Source: Gemmatimonadales bacterium
GTDB lineage: Bacteria; Gemmatimonadota; Gemmatimonadetes; Gemmatimonadales; GWC2-71-9
Assembly: GCA_965249575.1 (NCBI GenBank)
Contig: OZ252244.1
Span: 1,184,001 to 1,248,000, forward strand
Length of the DNA: 64,000 nucleotides
Reading direction: 5' to 3'
The translations under genes were made by a program, and so were the position numbers. The notes beneath the pieces are model-generated. The model saw only the letters and a program-made list of their open reading frames with translations, was not told the origin of the DNA and searched no databases. This document shows positions 19,406-31,276 of the stretch, in pieces; the first letter of the stretch is position 1; the number at the start of each line of letters is the position of its first letter.

Positions 19406-21025
19406 ATGTCCCCTCCAACGTTGAAGCACTCCGCTGGGCCCGAGGCCGCAAGGGGAATCGAGGTCCGCGCCCCCGTCCCCGCCGAACACCAACCCATTCT
19501 TGGCCCCAATGCACTCGCCTTCGTCGCGAAGCTCGAGCGGGTGTTCGAATCCCGGCGGCGGGAACTTCTCGAGGCGCGGCTTGTCCGGCAGCGGGAGATC
19601 GACGGCGGGCGGTTCCCGGAATTCTTGCCGGCTACGGTCGAGGTACGCGAGAGCGAATGGGAGGTCGCCGCGATACCGGATGACCTGCGCGACCGACGCG
19701 TCGAGATCACGGGGCCGGTCGACCGGAAAATGATCATCAACGCGCTCAATTCCGGTGCGAACGTCTTCATGGCGGACTTCGAGGACTCCAATTCTCCCAC
19801 CTGGACGAACAACGTGGCCGGTCAGGCCAACCTGTACGACGCGGTGAGGCGTTCTATCACGTACGAGAGTCCGGAGGGGAAGCGCTACGAGTTGGGTAGC
19901 GACCCAGCGACGCTCTTGGTCCGCCCGCGCGGATGGCATCTCGTGGAGAAACATGTCACGGTCGGCGGCGTCCCGGTTTCAGGCGCGCTCTTCGACTTCG
20001 GCCTGTTTTTCTACCACAACGCCGCTGAGCTGCTAAAGCGTGGCACGGGGCCGTATTTCTATCTCCCGAAGCTAGAGAGCCACCTCGAGGCGCGCCTCTG
20101 GAACGACGTCTTCAATTTCGCTCAGGACGAGCTGGGGATCGCGCGTGGGTCGATTCGGGCAACCGTACTCATAGAGACCATTCACGCCGCGTTCGAAATG
20201 GACGAGATCCTCTGGGAGCTCCGGGACCATTCTGCCGGGCTCAACTGCGGCCGGTGGGACTACATCTTCAGTTTCATCAAGACGTTCCGCACGCGTCCAA
20301 ACTACACCCTTCCCGACCGTGCCCAGGTCACGATGGACCGTCATTTCTTACAGTCGTATGTCGACCTGCTCATCAAAACGTGTCACCGTCGCGGTATCCA
20401 CGCGATGGGCGGGATGGCCGCCCAGATCCCTATCAAGAACGACCCCGCGGCCAACGAGGCTGCGGTGGAGAAGGTTCGTCTCGACAAACTCCGGGAAGTA
20501 AAGGCCGGACATGACGGGACCTGGGTCGCGCACCCCGGGTTGATTGCCATCGCGCGCACGGTCTTCGACGCCGAAATGGCCGCGGCAAACCAGATCTCCC
20601 GCGGCCCGCAAGACGTGGGTGTCCGTGCCCAGGACCTCTTGACCGTCCCTGATGGCACAATCACGGAAGGCGGTCTCCGGACAAACATCGACGTCGGTAT
20701 CCAGTATCTCGAAGCGTGGCTGGGCGGCAACGGCTGTGTCCCGATCTACAACCTCATGGAGGACGCGGCTACGGCCGAGATCTCCCGGAGCCAGGTCTGG
20801 CAGTGGTTGGCGCATGGAGCCACGCTGGCCGACGGCCGAACCGTCACCCGGTCGCTGGTCGAGGAGATCATGGCCAGCGAGCTGGCAAAGCTACGCGAGC
20901 GGCTGGGCACGTCTCGATTCGATGGCGGCCAGTTCGGCCTCGCGAGCCAGTTGTTCAATGACATGATGACCGGCGATCATTTTGACCCGTTCATGACTAC
21001 GGCAGCCTACAACCACCTGGATTAA
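19406..21025 (+). CDS. aceB: Malate synthase A
   Basis: [39 protein letters not shown]. Confidence 0.98.
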   Translation: MSPPTLKHSAGPEAARGIEVRAPVPAEHQPILGPNALAFVAKLERVFESRRRELLEARLVRQREIDGGRFPEFLPATVEVRESEWEVAAIPDDLRDRRVEITGPVDRKMIINALNSGANVFMADFEDSNSPTWTNNVAGQANLYDAVRRSITYESPEGKRYELGSDPATLLVRPRGWHLVEKHVTVGGVPVSGALFDFGLFFYHNAAELLKRGTGPYFYLPKLESHLEARLWNDVFNFAQDELGIARGSIRATVLIETIHAAFEMDEILWELRDHSAGLNCGRWDYIFSFIKTFRTRPNYTLPDRAQVTMDRHFLQSYVDLLIKTCHRRGIHAMGGMAAQIPIKNDPAANEAAVEKVRLDKLREVKAGHDGTWVAHPGLIAIARTVFDAEMAAANQISRGPQDVGVRAQDLLTVPDGTITEGGLRTNIDVGIQYLEAWLGGNGCVPIYNLMEDAATAEISRSQVWQWLAHGATLADGRTVTRSLVEEIMASELAKLRERLGTSRFDGGQFGLASQLFNDMMTGDHFDPFMTTAAYNHLD

Positions 21026-21042
21026 CGAGTTACGGAGGAGAG

Positions 21043-22338
21043 ATGGATCAAGGGACCTTTACGACCGCGCTGTACCGCAAGTGGCAAACCGACACCCGAT
21101 GGGCCGGGATCACGCGCCCTTACACCGCCGAAGACGTTCTTCGGCTTCGCGGTACCGTGAAGATCTCTCACACACTCGCCGAGCGCGGCGCGCATAAGAT
21201 CTGGGAGCTCGTCAACAACGGATACGTGTCGGCGTTAAGCGCCGTCACGGGCTCGCAAGCAGTGCAGCAGGTGCGAGCGGGCCTCCAGGCTATCTACGTC
21301 AGTGGTTGGCAAGTTGCCGGTGACGTAAACACGGCATTCGAGACCTACCCGGACCAGAGTCTCTATCCGGCCGACAGCGTCCCCACGCTCGTGCGCCGCA
21401 TCAACAACGCCTTGCTCCGTGCGGATCAGATCCAACACATGAAGGGCGAGGACGACGTGGACTGGCTCGTACCGATCGTCGCAGATGCCGAGGCGGGCTT
21501 CGGTGGACTGCTCAACGCGTACGAACTCATGCGACACACACTCAGCGAGGGCGCTGCAGGAGTACACTTCGAGGACCAGCTGGCCTCGCTCAAGAAATGC
21601 GGGCACCTGGGTGGCAAGGTGCTCGTACCCACAAGCGAGTTCATCAAGAAGCTGATCGCCGCGCGATTGGCGGCCGACGTATGCGACGTCGACACTCTCC
21701 TGATCGCGCGAACCGACGCTCTCTCCGCTACGCTCCTGGCCAACGACGTCGACTCGTACGATCACCGATTCATCGAAGGGGACCGCACTTCCGAAGGGTT
21801 CGTGCGGGTCAAACCGGGGATCGAGGCCGCCATCGCTCGGTCGCTCGCCTACGCACCATATGCGGACATGCTGTGGTTCGAGACCGCGAAGCCGGACATG
21901 AGCGAGGCCCGCCAGTTCGCCGAAGCCATTCACCGTCACCACCCGGGCAAGCTCCTCGCGTACAACTGCTCGCCATCCTTCAATTGGCGCCTCCACTTGA
22001 AAGAGCACGAGATCGCCGCCTTCCAGCGGGAGCTCGGCGCCATGGGGTACAAGTTCCAGTTCGTGACGCTATCCGGCTTCCACTCGCTGAATCACGCCAT
22101 GTTTGAGCTGGCTCGCGGGTACCGGGAGACTGGCATGGCTGCCTACGCGGCGCTCCAGACGCGTGAATTCGAGGCTGAGGAGCAGGGATATGAGGCCGTG
22201 CGGCATCAGGATTTCGTTGGGGCTGGGTACTTCGACCTCGTCACGCAGATCGTGACCTCCGGCCGGTCGTCGACCCTCGCGATGGAGGGCTCCACTGAGC
22301 AGGAGCAGTTCAAGACGAGAACCGCCACGGGGAGCTGA
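21043..22338 (+). CDS. aceA: Isocitrate lyase
   Basis: [26 protein letters not shown]. Confidence 0.98.
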   Translation: MDQGTFTTALYRKWQTDTRWAGITRPYTAEDVLRLRGTVKISHTLAERGAHKIWELVNNGYVSALSAVTGSQAVQQVRAGLQAIYVSGWQVAGDVNTAFETYPDQSLYPADSVPTLVRRINNALLRADQIQHMKGEDDVDWLVPIVADAEAGFGGLLNAYELMRHTLSEGAAGVHFEDQLASLKKCGHLGGKVLVPTSEFIKKLIAARLAADVCDVDTLLIARTDALSATLLANDVDSYDHRFIEGDRTSEGFVRVKPGIEAAIARSLAYAPYADMLWFETAKPDMSEARQFAEAIHRHHPGKLLAYNCSPSFNWRLHLKEHEIAAFQRELGAMGYKFQFVTLSGFHSLNHAMFELARGYRETGMAAYAALQTREFEAEEQGYEAVRHQDFVGAGYFDLVTQIVTSGRSSTLAMEGSTEQEQFKTRTATGS

Positions 22339-22543
22339 GCCGGACGCAGACGACCCGCCCGAGTCTCCCATGGTGGGGTGCGCGCCCAGACGGGGGCCGG
22401 TCGGGCAGACCATCCCTAACGATACCGGGCGTTCGCCCGGGCGAGAGCACGGCCACTATCTTCCGCCACCGCGCTCGCCGTTACGCCGACGACGCCACCG
22501 GGTTTATCAGGCGCTTGCGCTGACCACGGAACGAGGGAGTGCT

Positions 22544-23788
22544 ATGCCGACGACCCGATTCACCTTCCAGGGTGCGAGCGGCGCCACGCTGTCGGGGCGG
22601 CTGGACCAACCGGCCGACCGGTCACCGCTGGCCTACGCGCTATTCTCCCACTGCTTCACGTGCTCGAAAGAATTGAGGGCCGTCGTCAATATCAGCCGCG
22701 AGCTCAACCGCCATCGAATCGGCGTCTTCCGGTTCGACTTCACCGGGCTTGGGGAGAGTGAAGGGGACTTCGGAGAGACGGGATTCAGCTCGAATGTCGA
22801 CGATCTGGTTGCGGCAGCCGAATTCATGGCCCGCGAGTTGGCCACCCCGCAGGTGCTCATCGGACACTCTTTTGGCGGCGCGGCAGTGCTCCAGGCGGCC
22901 CATCGGATCAAAGACGTGAGGGCCGTGGTGACGATTGGCGCACCATACGATCCCAGCCACGTCACACACCTCCTCGAGCGCGGTCGCGACGAGATCATGT
23001 CCGAGGGGGAAGCGGTCGTGACGATTGCAGGCAGGCGGTTTCGCATTACGAAACAGTTCCTGGAAGATCTCGAAGCCCCTCGAGTTCTCGAAGTGATCGG
23101 GGATCTCAAGAGAGCACTACTGATTCTCCACTCACCGGTGGATACGATCGTGGGGATCGAGAACGCCGCGCTCATCTACGAGGCAGCAAAGCATCCGAAG
23201 AGCTTCGTCTCGCTTGATGACGCTGACCATCTTCTCACTCGGGAGCGGGACTCGCGATACGCGGGAGCGGTGCTTGCGGCCTGGGCCAACCGTTACCTCG
23301 ACGATCCACCGGTTAGGACGGTTGACCAACTCCGAACCGACAGCCGGGTTGTCGCGCTAACTGGGCCATCCGGATATCGGACGGAGATCATGGCGAACGG
23401 TCACGGCTTCTTGTCCGACGAGCCGGAATCGGTCGGCGGAACGAACCTAGGCCCCACGCCATACGATCTGCTCGCGGCAGCGCTCGGCGCTTGCACGGCA
23501 ATGACTCTCAGGATGTACGCAGACCGGAAAGAGTGGCCTTTGGAGGCAGTCGCGGTGGGATTGACCCACCGTAGGCTACATGCCGAAGACCGGGACGCTT
23601 GCGATTCGGGGCGTCCTCGACTCGACCAGATCGACCGGCAGTTGCACCTGGAGGGAGATCTCGACGACACCCAACGGCAGCGGCTCATGGAAATCGCTGA
23701 CCGGTGCCCGGTACACCAAACCCTTGACCGCGGGGTGCGCGTGGCCACGCAGCTCGCCTCGGTCCCGCTCGGTGAGCGAGACGAGTGA
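22544..23788 (+). CDS. Bifunctional alpha/beta hydrolase-OsmC protein
   Basis: HCFTCSK, GHSFGG, GPTPYDLL..LGACT, RCPVH. Confidence 0.93.
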   Translation: MPTTRFTFQGASGATLSGRLDQPADRSPLAYALFSHCFTCSKELRAVVNISRELNRHRIGVFRFDFTGLGESEGDFGETGFSSNVDDLVAAAEFMARELATPQVLIGHSFGGAAVLQAAHRIKDVRAVVTIGAPYDPSHVTHLLERGRDEIMSEGEAVVTIAGRRFRITKQFLEDLEAPRVLEVIGDLKRALLILHSPVDTIVGIENAALIYEAAKHPKSFVSLDDADHLLTRERDSRYAGAVLAAWANRYLDDPPVRTVDQLRTDSRVVALTGPSGYRTEIMANGHGFLSDEPESVGGTNLGPTPYDLLAAALGACTAMTLRMYADRKEWPLEAVAVGLTHRRLHAEDRDACDSGRPRLDQIDRQLHLEGDLDDTQRQRLMEIADRCPVHQTLDRGVRVATQLASVPLGERDE

Positions 23789-23792
23789 GACC

Positions 23793-24074
23793 ATGCAGAT
23801 CCAGATCGAACACGACACCCAGTCAAAGCGGTTTCTCAGCCGCGTGGACAGTGGATCGGCCACCTTGTCTTACGCGTCAATGAACGATGGCGTGTTGGAC
23901 TTCCGGAGCACGTTCGTGCCACCGAAAGACCGCAAGCGCGGCATCGGAGAACAGATCGTCCTCCATGCGCTCCGGTACGCCAGAGATCACGGGTTCCGAG
24001 TGCGCCCGAGTTGTGACTTCGTCTCGGCGGTCCTCGAGCGCCATTCAGAATTCGATGCCATCGTCGACCGATAA
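23793..24074 (+). CDS. Small GNAT (YjdJ-like) acetyltransferase
   Basis: TFVPP..RKRGIG, VRPSCDFV. Confidence 0.88.
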   Translation: MQIQIEHDTQSKRFLSRVDSGSATLSYASMNDGVLDFRSTFVPPKDRKRGIGEQIVLHALRYARDHGFRVRPSCDFVSAVLERHSEFDAIVDR

Positions 24075-24220
24075 AACGGCCCTGTCGGAACACGGTTGCG
24101 GGAGGACTAGAACAACGGTAGCTTTTCGGCCGGATTCCCGTACGGGTGCGGCCACACGGTTTTCCCCCCGTGACGGGTTACGAACCCCAGCAAGAGGGCC
24201 AGACCTTGCTTGAGCCAGGA

Positions 24221-24952
24221 ATGTTGAATTTCGCGTGGTGGATGCCCCTCCTCTACTTCGCAATCGCCGGCCATCTCACGAACGCGGCCACCACGATCTA
24301 TCTCCATCGGGCCGTGACTCACGGAGGGGTGAGATTACATCCGATCGCGTCTGTACCGATGCGGGTGTGGCTGTGGCTGTCGACTGGAATCGTTACCGGC
24401 GAGTGGGTCGCGTGCCACCGCAAACACCACGCTCACTCCGATCGAGAGGGTGACCCGCACAGCCCGGTGCTCTTCGGTCTCCGATCGATCCTCCTGAAGG
24501 GATGGCTCCACTATCGCCGGAGCGTCCGGGAACCGGGTCTGGTACAAAAGTACGGCAGAGGGTGCCCGAACGATTGGCTCGAAAGAAAAGTCCTCTCCCG
24601 TTACAGTTACATCGGCATTCTCCTCATGCTCGTTATTGACGCGCTTCTGCTCGGATACCCCTGGGGCGTGGTCGTGTGGATCGGGCAGCTGGTGTGGATG
24701 CCTATTCTGGGCGCCGTTGTAAACGGGATCGGACACGCATGGGGGTATCGCAACTTCCCGGTCAAGGATCATAGCCGGAATTTCTTTCCCGCGGGCTTCC
24801 TGCTTGGAGGGGAAGAGCTCCACAACAACCACCATGCCGACCCCCGGTCGGCCAGGTTCCGCCGGCGCTGGTTCGAATTCGACGTCGGCTGGATCTACAT
24901 CAAGGTCATGTCGTGGTTCGGCCTAGCCAGGGTGGTGCACGCCGGCTACTAG
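24221..24952 (+). CDS. Fatty acid (delta-9-like) desaturase
   Basis: His boxes LHRAVTH, HRKHH, HNNHH; GDPHSP. Confidence 0.92.
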   Translation: MLNFAWWMPLLYFAIAGHLTNAATTIYLHRAVTHGGVRLHPIASVPMRVWLWLSTGIVTGEWVACHRKHHAHSDREGDPHSPVLFGLRSILLKGWLHYRRSVREPGLVQKYGRGCPNDWLERKVLSRYSYIGILLMLVIDALLLGYPWGVVVWIGQLVWMPILGAVVNGIGHAWGYRNFPVKDHSRNFFPAGFLLGGEELHNNHHADPRSARFRRRWFEFDVGWIYIKVMSWFGLARVVHAGY

Positions 24953-25163
24953 CCGGTCAAGGATCCGTCTCGCCTGCCGCCACCGGTATCCCGGTGGCGA
25001 ACCCCGGATGAGTCACATCACCTCCAGCGCGGGGCCCCTCCCCGCGCCCCGGGATTTCCAGCTGAAACCCGTTCGTTGATGCGCACGTTGTCTTTGGTAT
25101 GGCAACGCAAGCCGCACGACCCGGATGACTACCCACGTTAACCCGAGGCTGATGACGTACTCA

Positions 25164-25801
25164 ATGACGATCAGGAACCTAGGGTTTCTGGTGATGGTCC
25201 TCGCGTCGGCGTGCGGCCGTGGGCGACCCGACGTCGCCGGAGTGTATCTGTTCAGCGCTTCGGCTCCGGGAGTTCGGTTTCCCGGAAGCATCGAGCTGCT
25301 AGAGGCATCGGATCGCATTTGGGGCCGGGTCACTGCCGTGATCGGTGGCGCGAACCAGCACATTCTCGTTCGGTCCGTCGAGACGCGGGGTCGCCATCTG
25401 ACGCTCATGCTTGCCGCCCCGACGGGCTCGGGCGATCCGACATCTATGTCGCGCGGCGCCACGCGGCGGGATATCCTGAAGTGCGGAACCTGGGAAGGGC
25501 CATCAACGACGAGCTGAGTCAATCCGACGTCTACGTGAGCCCCGACGAGAGCCTCATGATCCTCGTCATTACGGATCATCCCGAAGGGCATGGTGGTGAC
25601 GACCTATTCTTCAGCTTCAATCGGGAGGGGGTGTGGAGTCCCCCTAAGAACCTGGGACAACCGGTCAACTCATTCGAGTATGAGTACGGGCCGACGATCT
25701 CGCCTGACGGCGCCTACCTCTACTTCACCAGCCATCGCAGGGGATCAGGCGATATCTACCGGGTGCGCCTCGACAGCCTCGATCTCGACGCTTCGGAGTG
25801 A
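25164..25801 (+). pseudogene. Out-of-frame chimera: lipoprotein N-terminus plus TolB/PD40-repeat C-terminus
   Basis: LASAC lipobox in one frame. From ~25415 a different frame gives RPDGLGRSDIY...NLG.PVNS...PTISPDGAYLYFTS. Confidence 0.65.
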
Positions 25802-25813
25802 TCGCCACGCCAC

Positions 25814-27751
25814 TTACCTGGGTTCGCGCGCGGCCTGCCGATTATAGAGATAGGCAACCAACAACGAGACGAGTCCGAGGATGAGAACGGAGGCGACGCG
25901 GTACAACGCGTCGAGCACCGCGAGGTCGACGAACATGACCTTCGCGACCGCGAGGCCCGATACTAGGAGCCCGGCGATCCGCACGGGCATCAGTCGCCGC
26001 CGAAAGCCATGCCACACCAGCGCGCCTGCAAAGATCGCCCACCAAGCGCTGACCGAGAGCCCCCCCGCAAGCTGGACGGTGGTAGGCCGCAGGTCGGCGT
26101 TCTCGAAAAAGCGCTGAAGCTCCCCGGAAACGCCGAACAGCAACAAAGCCCCGGCCACGGCCCACAGAACGCCCGGCACGCGGAGCGGCCACGATCGGGC
26201 GGCCCATTTCACGGTTTGCTGCCATTCACGCTCTTTCCCGCGGTGCAGGTCGCGGGGCGGTTCTGCGTCAGCCACCTCCGCGCGCAACCACAGTCGAGCC
26301 GCGAGCGTCGCGCTCACGGCAATGCTCCCCCATAACAGCAGCGCCCACGCATCGACAAATGCCGATGTGCCCCCCGCGCGTTCCGGCAGCGCAACGAGAA
26401 GCACCATGTATAGCGCCCCGACCAGTGCGAGCGTGCCGTACCATCGGCCGTCCGTCCGCCGAAGGTTGTGGTCGAGGGCCGGCCAGAGGAGTGCCAGACC
26501 CAGCAGTGCCCACGCGGCCAAGGTGATGTCGAACTCTGCAAGCACCGCGATACCCATGGCTGAGGTCCCCACTAGCGCAAAGTGAGGCCGCACGGCGACG
26601 AGTCCAGCGTATAAGTAGGGTATCGCAATGAGTAACGGAACGACCCCTCCATGCCGTCCGAGCCAGGACGGGGCAAGTTGATGCACCGCCCAGCCGGCCA
26701 ATAGAGGAGCGAGGTAGAACGGCACCATATCGCCGATCTTCCATCGCTCCTCCTCGGCGCCACGAGGATCGGGCCAAATGGTCGGAGACTCCATTGCGTG
26801 CCACCAGACGGGTAACGCTAGCGTGATGCCGGCACCGGCAATCAGCCACCCGGCAGCGCCCCGGCCGCTGGCGGCCACGAGCAGCAGCCAGGATCCGGTA
26901 AAAGATAGCAGGCGGGTCTCGGACCATCCCCGCCGCAGCCCGACGTAAATCCCAGCGCCTCCTCCGAGCAGGCCGAACATCACGAGCGCCGCGGGACGCG
27001 CGTACTCCGCACCGAGCGCTACGCCAAGGCCAAAGTAGCTCAACGCGATCAGCCCCACGGCGCGCCGCCAATGCCTCCTGACCGACGGCCATCCCAGCAA
27101 GCCCGCTATGCTCGCCAAGTACACGAGGAGTGCGTCGGCCTGTCCTCGCTCTACCCCGAGTACGATCGGTGCGAAGAGCGCGCCTGCCGCTGCTCCAGCA
27201 CCCAACTCCTCGTGATCGAGCCGATACGCAATCGCATCGAGTGTCACCGAGACCAGCGCGAGGACGGCGAGCCCTAGATTGTAGGAGATGAGATCGTACT
27301 GCCTGGCGGCTGCCCATACGGCGACGTATACGATGGCCGCGCCGCATCCGAGAAGGCCCGCGCCATACCGGCGAAGCCCGCGCGCCTGAAAGTGCCAACC
27401 TACCGCGCCCACGGATACGCCGACCACCGCACCGCCGGCGCAGCGCAGCAGCGGGGAAATCCACCCCCGGTCGAATGCGAGTTTGAGGAAATATCCGGCG
27501 CCGAGAATCAACAGGGTGACCCCGACGGCCAATAACCCCCGTTGGCCAACCCACTGCTCCAGCTTGAATGACGTCGCACCACCCGATCGCGGGCGGCGCG
27601 TCAGGAAATTGGGCCGGGCCCGCGGGGCAGCGGTCGCGGGCACTCTCGAGCGCAAGCCCGCTCTCGGGGAGCGAGAGGCGATGTTCTTGACCGCGTCTTC
27701 CAGGTCCGCCAATCGCCGTTCCAGACGATCCAGGCGTTCTTCTGAGTCCAT
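25814..27751 (-). CDS. DUF2339 family membrane protein
   Basis: LEQWVGQRGLLAVG..LLILGAGYFLKLAF; C-terminal KVMFVDL..LD.LYRV.S. Confidence 0.88.
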   Translation of the reverse strand: MDSEERLDRLERRLADLEDAVKNIASRSPRAGLRSRVPATAAPRARPNFLTRRPRSGGATSFKLEQWVGQRGLLAVGVTLLILGAGYFLKLAFDRGWISPLLRCAGGAVVGVSVGAVGWHFQARGLRRYGAGLLGCGAAIVYVAVWAAARQYDLISYNLGLAVLALVSVTLDAIAYRLDHEELGAGAAAGALFAPIVLGVERGQADALLVYLASIAGLLGWPSVRRHWRRAVGLIALSYFGLGVALGAEYARPAALVMFGLLGGGAGIYVGLRRGWSETRLLSFTGSWLLLVAASGRGAAGWLIAGAGITLALPVWWHAMESPTIWPDPRGAEEERWKIGDMVPFYLAPLLAGWAVHQLAPSWLGRHGGVVPLLIAIPYLYAGLVAVRPHFALVGTSAMGIAVLAEFDITLAAWALLGLALLWPALDHNLRRTDGRWYGTLALVGALYMVLLVALPERAGGTSAFVDAWALLLWGSIAVSATLAARLWLRAEVADAEPPRDLHRGKEREWQQTVKWAARSWPLRVPGVLWAVAGALLLFGVSGELQRFFENADLRPTTVQLAGGLSVSAWWAIFAGALVWHGFRRRLMPVRIAGLLVSGLAVAKVMFVDLAVLDALYRVASVLILGLVSLLVAYLYNRQAAREPR

Positions 27752-27921
27752 GTCAGCCGAGGGCCCGGGGTTCTTTGAGACGTACAGAACCAGCCGCGCC
27801 CAATCTGTGTGTCCCACCCGCGAGGCGCCATCCCCCGATTGCGCATCAAGGCGGAAGAGGGCAAACTAGCCGGCAGGTCGGGCCGCTCCGAAGAACCATC
27901 CAACGACGGCAAGAACACATC

Positions 27922-29242
27922 ATGAGCGTATCACTGCTTTTCGCCCTCGCCGCGACCAGCGGGCTGCTGTCCATGCGTCCGCGCGAACACGGATATCCGC
28001 TTCAGCAAGAGCCCACTGAAGCGCCAGCCATCGTACTACGGGCTCAACGTGTATTCGATGGCACGACCGAACACGCGCGGGAGGGTTGGGAAGTTTTGGT
28101 TCGAGCCGGCCGGATCGAGGCGGTGGGCTCCGCGGAGGCGATTCGGGCCCCTGCGGGTACACGCACAATCGACCTTCCAGGCATGACCCTGCTGCCCGGC
28201 CTGATCGACGCACACACGCACGTCTTTCTCCATCCGTATAACGAAACCGGTTGGAAATGATCAGGTCCTGAAGGAGCCGCTCGCCTATCGAGCCATTCAA
28301 GCCGTCCGGCATGCTGAGTGGACGCTAATGTCGGGATTCACCGCGGTGCGCGACCTCGGCACCGAAGGAGCGGGATACGCCGATCTCTCGCTGAAACGTG
28401 CCGTAATCGAGGGCAAGATACCGGGCCCACGGCTGATCGTGTCCACGCTCGCAATCGCCGCGACCGCGAGTTACGGTCTGGGTCCTCGCGGGTTCGCTCC
28501 GCAGTTCGACCCACCCCGGGGAGCGCAGGAGGTTACCGGGGAAGCGGATGTTCGGCGGGCGGTCCGGGAGCAGGTAGGTCACGGAGCTGACTGGATAAAG
28601 GTCTATGCGGACTACCGACGGGGGCCGGGCGGCACCGCCGTTCCCACGTTCACGTTGGACGAACTGCGAGCAGTCGTAGACGAGGCGCGGAGCGCCGGCC
28701 GTTTGGTCGCTGCGCACGCGGGCACTCCGGAAGGGATGCGGAGGGCCGTTCTGGCGGGTGTGAACACCATCGAGCACGGATACGCCGGCACGGAGGAGGT
28801 TTTTCGCCTCATGGCCGACCATGGGGTGGCCTACCTTCCAACGCTGAGCGTCCACGCAGCCATCGCCGAATACTTCCAGGGATACCGTCCCGCCTCGTCC
28901 CCGCCGACGGAGGGAATGGAGCAGGCACGGAGTGCGTTCCAACTTGCGCTCGCGAGCGGCGTCACGATCGGGAACGGGAGCGACGCCGGTGTCTTCGCTC
29001 ATGGTACGAACTATCGCGAGCTCCAGTGGATGGTGCGCTTCGGGATGTCACCTAGCCAGGCGCTTTTGGCCGCGACCCCGACGAACGCGCGGATTCTCGG
29101 GCTCCAGAACGAGATCGGACAGATCCGCCCGGGCTTGCAGGCCGACATCATTGCCGTGATCGGTGACCCCACACGGGACATCGCGGCCACGGAAAGTGTG
29201 CGGTTCGTGATGAAAGGCGGCGTCATTTATCGTGAGCCCTGA
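27922..29242 (+). CDS. Metal-dependent amidohydrolase (Xaa-Pro dipeptidase-like), 1-nt frameshift at ~28256
   Basis: PGLIDAHTH, GFTAVRDLG, AAHA, IEHG, GSDAG. Removing one A from TGGAAAT restores WNDQVLKE. Confidence 0.9.
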
Positions 29243-30023
29243 AACCCATCCGTCGAGGCCCACCGTGGCGGGGGCCACCGCGAGTGATTTCGATGGACGG
29301 GTAGCGCTCGTTACGGGCGCTGCCGGCGGTATGGGACGGGAGATAGCATCCCAATTGCTCGCGCTGGGCGCGTCAGTCGCAGTCAACGATCTCGAGCAAG
29401 CCACGACCGATGCAGCCGCTCACGCCCTCGGCGAATCGACCATCGCGGTCCCGGCCGACGTCGCCGACGCCGACGCCGTGCTCGCCATGGTGAAACGAAC
29501 GCTCGGCGCCTTTGGACGGCTCGACATCCTTGTGAACAACGCCGGAGTACTCCACCCTACCCGGCTGGAAACCATCACAGACCTGGAGTGGCGGCGGACC
29601 ATCGACGTCCATCTGACGGGTGCCTTCTTCTGTACGCGGTCCGCCGTTGCACCGATGAAGCAGAGCGGATACGGGCGGATCGTCAACGTATCGTCGACGG
29701 CTGGGAGATCAGTGAGCACCCTCGGCGGGGCGCACTATACCGCATCCAAGGCCGGGTTGCTCGGTCTTACCCGGGCGGCAGCAAAGGAGCTCGCGCCCCA
29801 CGGCATTACGGTCAACGCGGTCTGCCCAGGCCTCATCGACACCGACATGGCCCGCAGGAACGCGACGCCGAGCCAGATTGCAGAATATGAACGATCGTTT
29901 CCACTCCGGCGCGTTGGGACACCGTCCGAAGTCGCCACCGCCATTCTGTACCTCGCATCCGAGCGAGCAGGCTACATCACCGGTGCCGCGTTAGACATCA
30001 ACGGCGGAGCTTTGATGCTGTAG
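29232..30023 (+). CDS. SDR oxidoreductase (FabG-like)
   Basis: TGAAGGMG, NNAG, YTASK. Confidence 0.95.
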   Translation: MSPETHPSRPTVAGATASDFDGRVALVTGAAGGMGREIASQLLALGASVAVNDLEQATTDAAAHALGESTIAVPADVADADAVLAMVKRTLGAFGRLDILVNNAGVLHPTRLETITDLEWRRTIDVHLTGAFFCTRSAVAPMKQSGYGRIVNVSSTAGRSVSTLGGAHYTASKAGLLGLTRAAAKELAPHGITVNAVCPGLIDTDMARRNATPSQIAEYERSFPLRRVGTPSEVATAILYLASERAGYITGAALDINGGALML

Positions 30024-30073
30024 GCCGCCAAGGCCGGGGAGAAATCAGACATTTTTCTAAGGGATGACAGAAC

Positions 30074-31141
30074 ATGCGCCATCACCGTCTACCTATTGTC
30101 CTCACGACTCTGACCGCCGGGACGATGCTCGGCTCCCAAATCGCCGCAGCGCAGGAGCCCGCTTCCTGGAAACCCCCATTCGATTTCCACACTTTCTCCA
30201 TTGTCGCGCTGGATCCCAAGACGGGAGAGACCGGCGTGGCCGTAACCACGCGCGTCGCGTGCGTAGGCAATGTGGTCCCCTGGGTCATGGCGGGGGTTGG
30301 CGCGGTCGCGACCCAAGCGCGAACGCGCGTCGAGTACGGGCTCGAACTACTGAGCATGCTCAAGGACGGCATCGAGCCGGACGAAGCGCTTCGGCGGGCC
30401 ATTTCGGCCGACAGTGTGCGCGCACGAAGGCAGGTCGGTGTCATCAGCGCTGCAGGATCCGGCGCCCAGCATACGGGAGACAGCACCAGTGCATGGGCCG
30501 GACACCGATCGGGGGCGAATTACGTGACGCAGGGGAATCTGCTGGTAGGCCCCCAGGTGCTGGAAGCCGTCGCGAGAAGTTTCGAAGTGACCGATGGATC
30601 CGGCCGGCACCTCGCTGACCGGTTGATCGCCGCATTGAGTGCCGGCCAGGCGGCCGGCGGCGATGCCCGCAAGGGACGGGTGCAGTCCGCCGCGGTTCTC
30701 GTCGCCGACCCCCGCCCCGGGATTGCCAGACGGCCCGACGGCGTTACCGTGAACATCCATGTGTGCGAGAACCCCGGTCCAGTCGCAGAACTGCGCCGGA
30801 CGTACGAGGCTGTCTCCCAGACGCTTGGCTACCGAACGCTCGAGCAGTTTCAGGGCAACGACGTCCTGCAGCTCAAGGAAATTCTCCGCACCCTCGGCTT
30901 CTACCGGCCGGGGACGGACAGCGTTGGTTCGAGTCGAGTCGATGCGCGCTTCGACCATGAGGTGATCGAGGCGGTGACGGCGTTTCGAGCACAGCACGGC
31001 CTATCAACGCCCCGTGTTGGCTCGCCCCCGGGTCTAGTCGACCGTGAAACCGTCCAACTCCTCTGGCGCGAGGTCGAGCGCGCGGGCAAGGCGCAGGACG
31101 TGCGAGAACGGATTCGGCGGTGGACCCAGACGCGCCGCTGA
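30074..31141 (+). CDS. DUF1028 (Ntn-hydrolase-like) protein with a C-terminal peptidoglycan-binding-like domain
   Basis: HTFSIVA, GAVATQA, QGNLL, GGDARKG; signal peptide. Confidence 0.9.
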   Translation: MRHHRLPIVLTTLTAGTMLGSQIAAAQEPASWKPPFDFHTFSIVALDPKTGETGVAVTTRVACVGNVVPWVMAGVGAVATQARTRVEYGLELLSMLKDGIEPDEALRRAISADSVRARRQVGVISAAGSGAQHTGDSTSAWAGHRSGANYVTQGNLLVGPQVLEAVARSFEVTDGSGRHLADRLIAALSAGQAAGGDARKGRVQSAAVLVADPRPGIARRPDGVTVNIHVCENPGPVAELRRTYEAVSQTLGYRTLEQFQGNDVLQLKEILRTLGFYRPGTDSVGSSRVDARFDHEVIEAVTAFRAQHGLSTPRVGSPPGLVDRETVQLLWREVERAGKAQDVRERIRRWTQTRR

Positions 31142-31276
31142 GATCAGTGGGTTTGTTCCAGCGGGTTCCGCCATTAGCTTCTTACTATCAGAACGTCGCA
31201 CGCGGACCTCACCTTCCGCACGGCGTTCGGGCAGTTGCCCCGTAACATGACGTGACCGCTCGAAGACCGAACGGCC

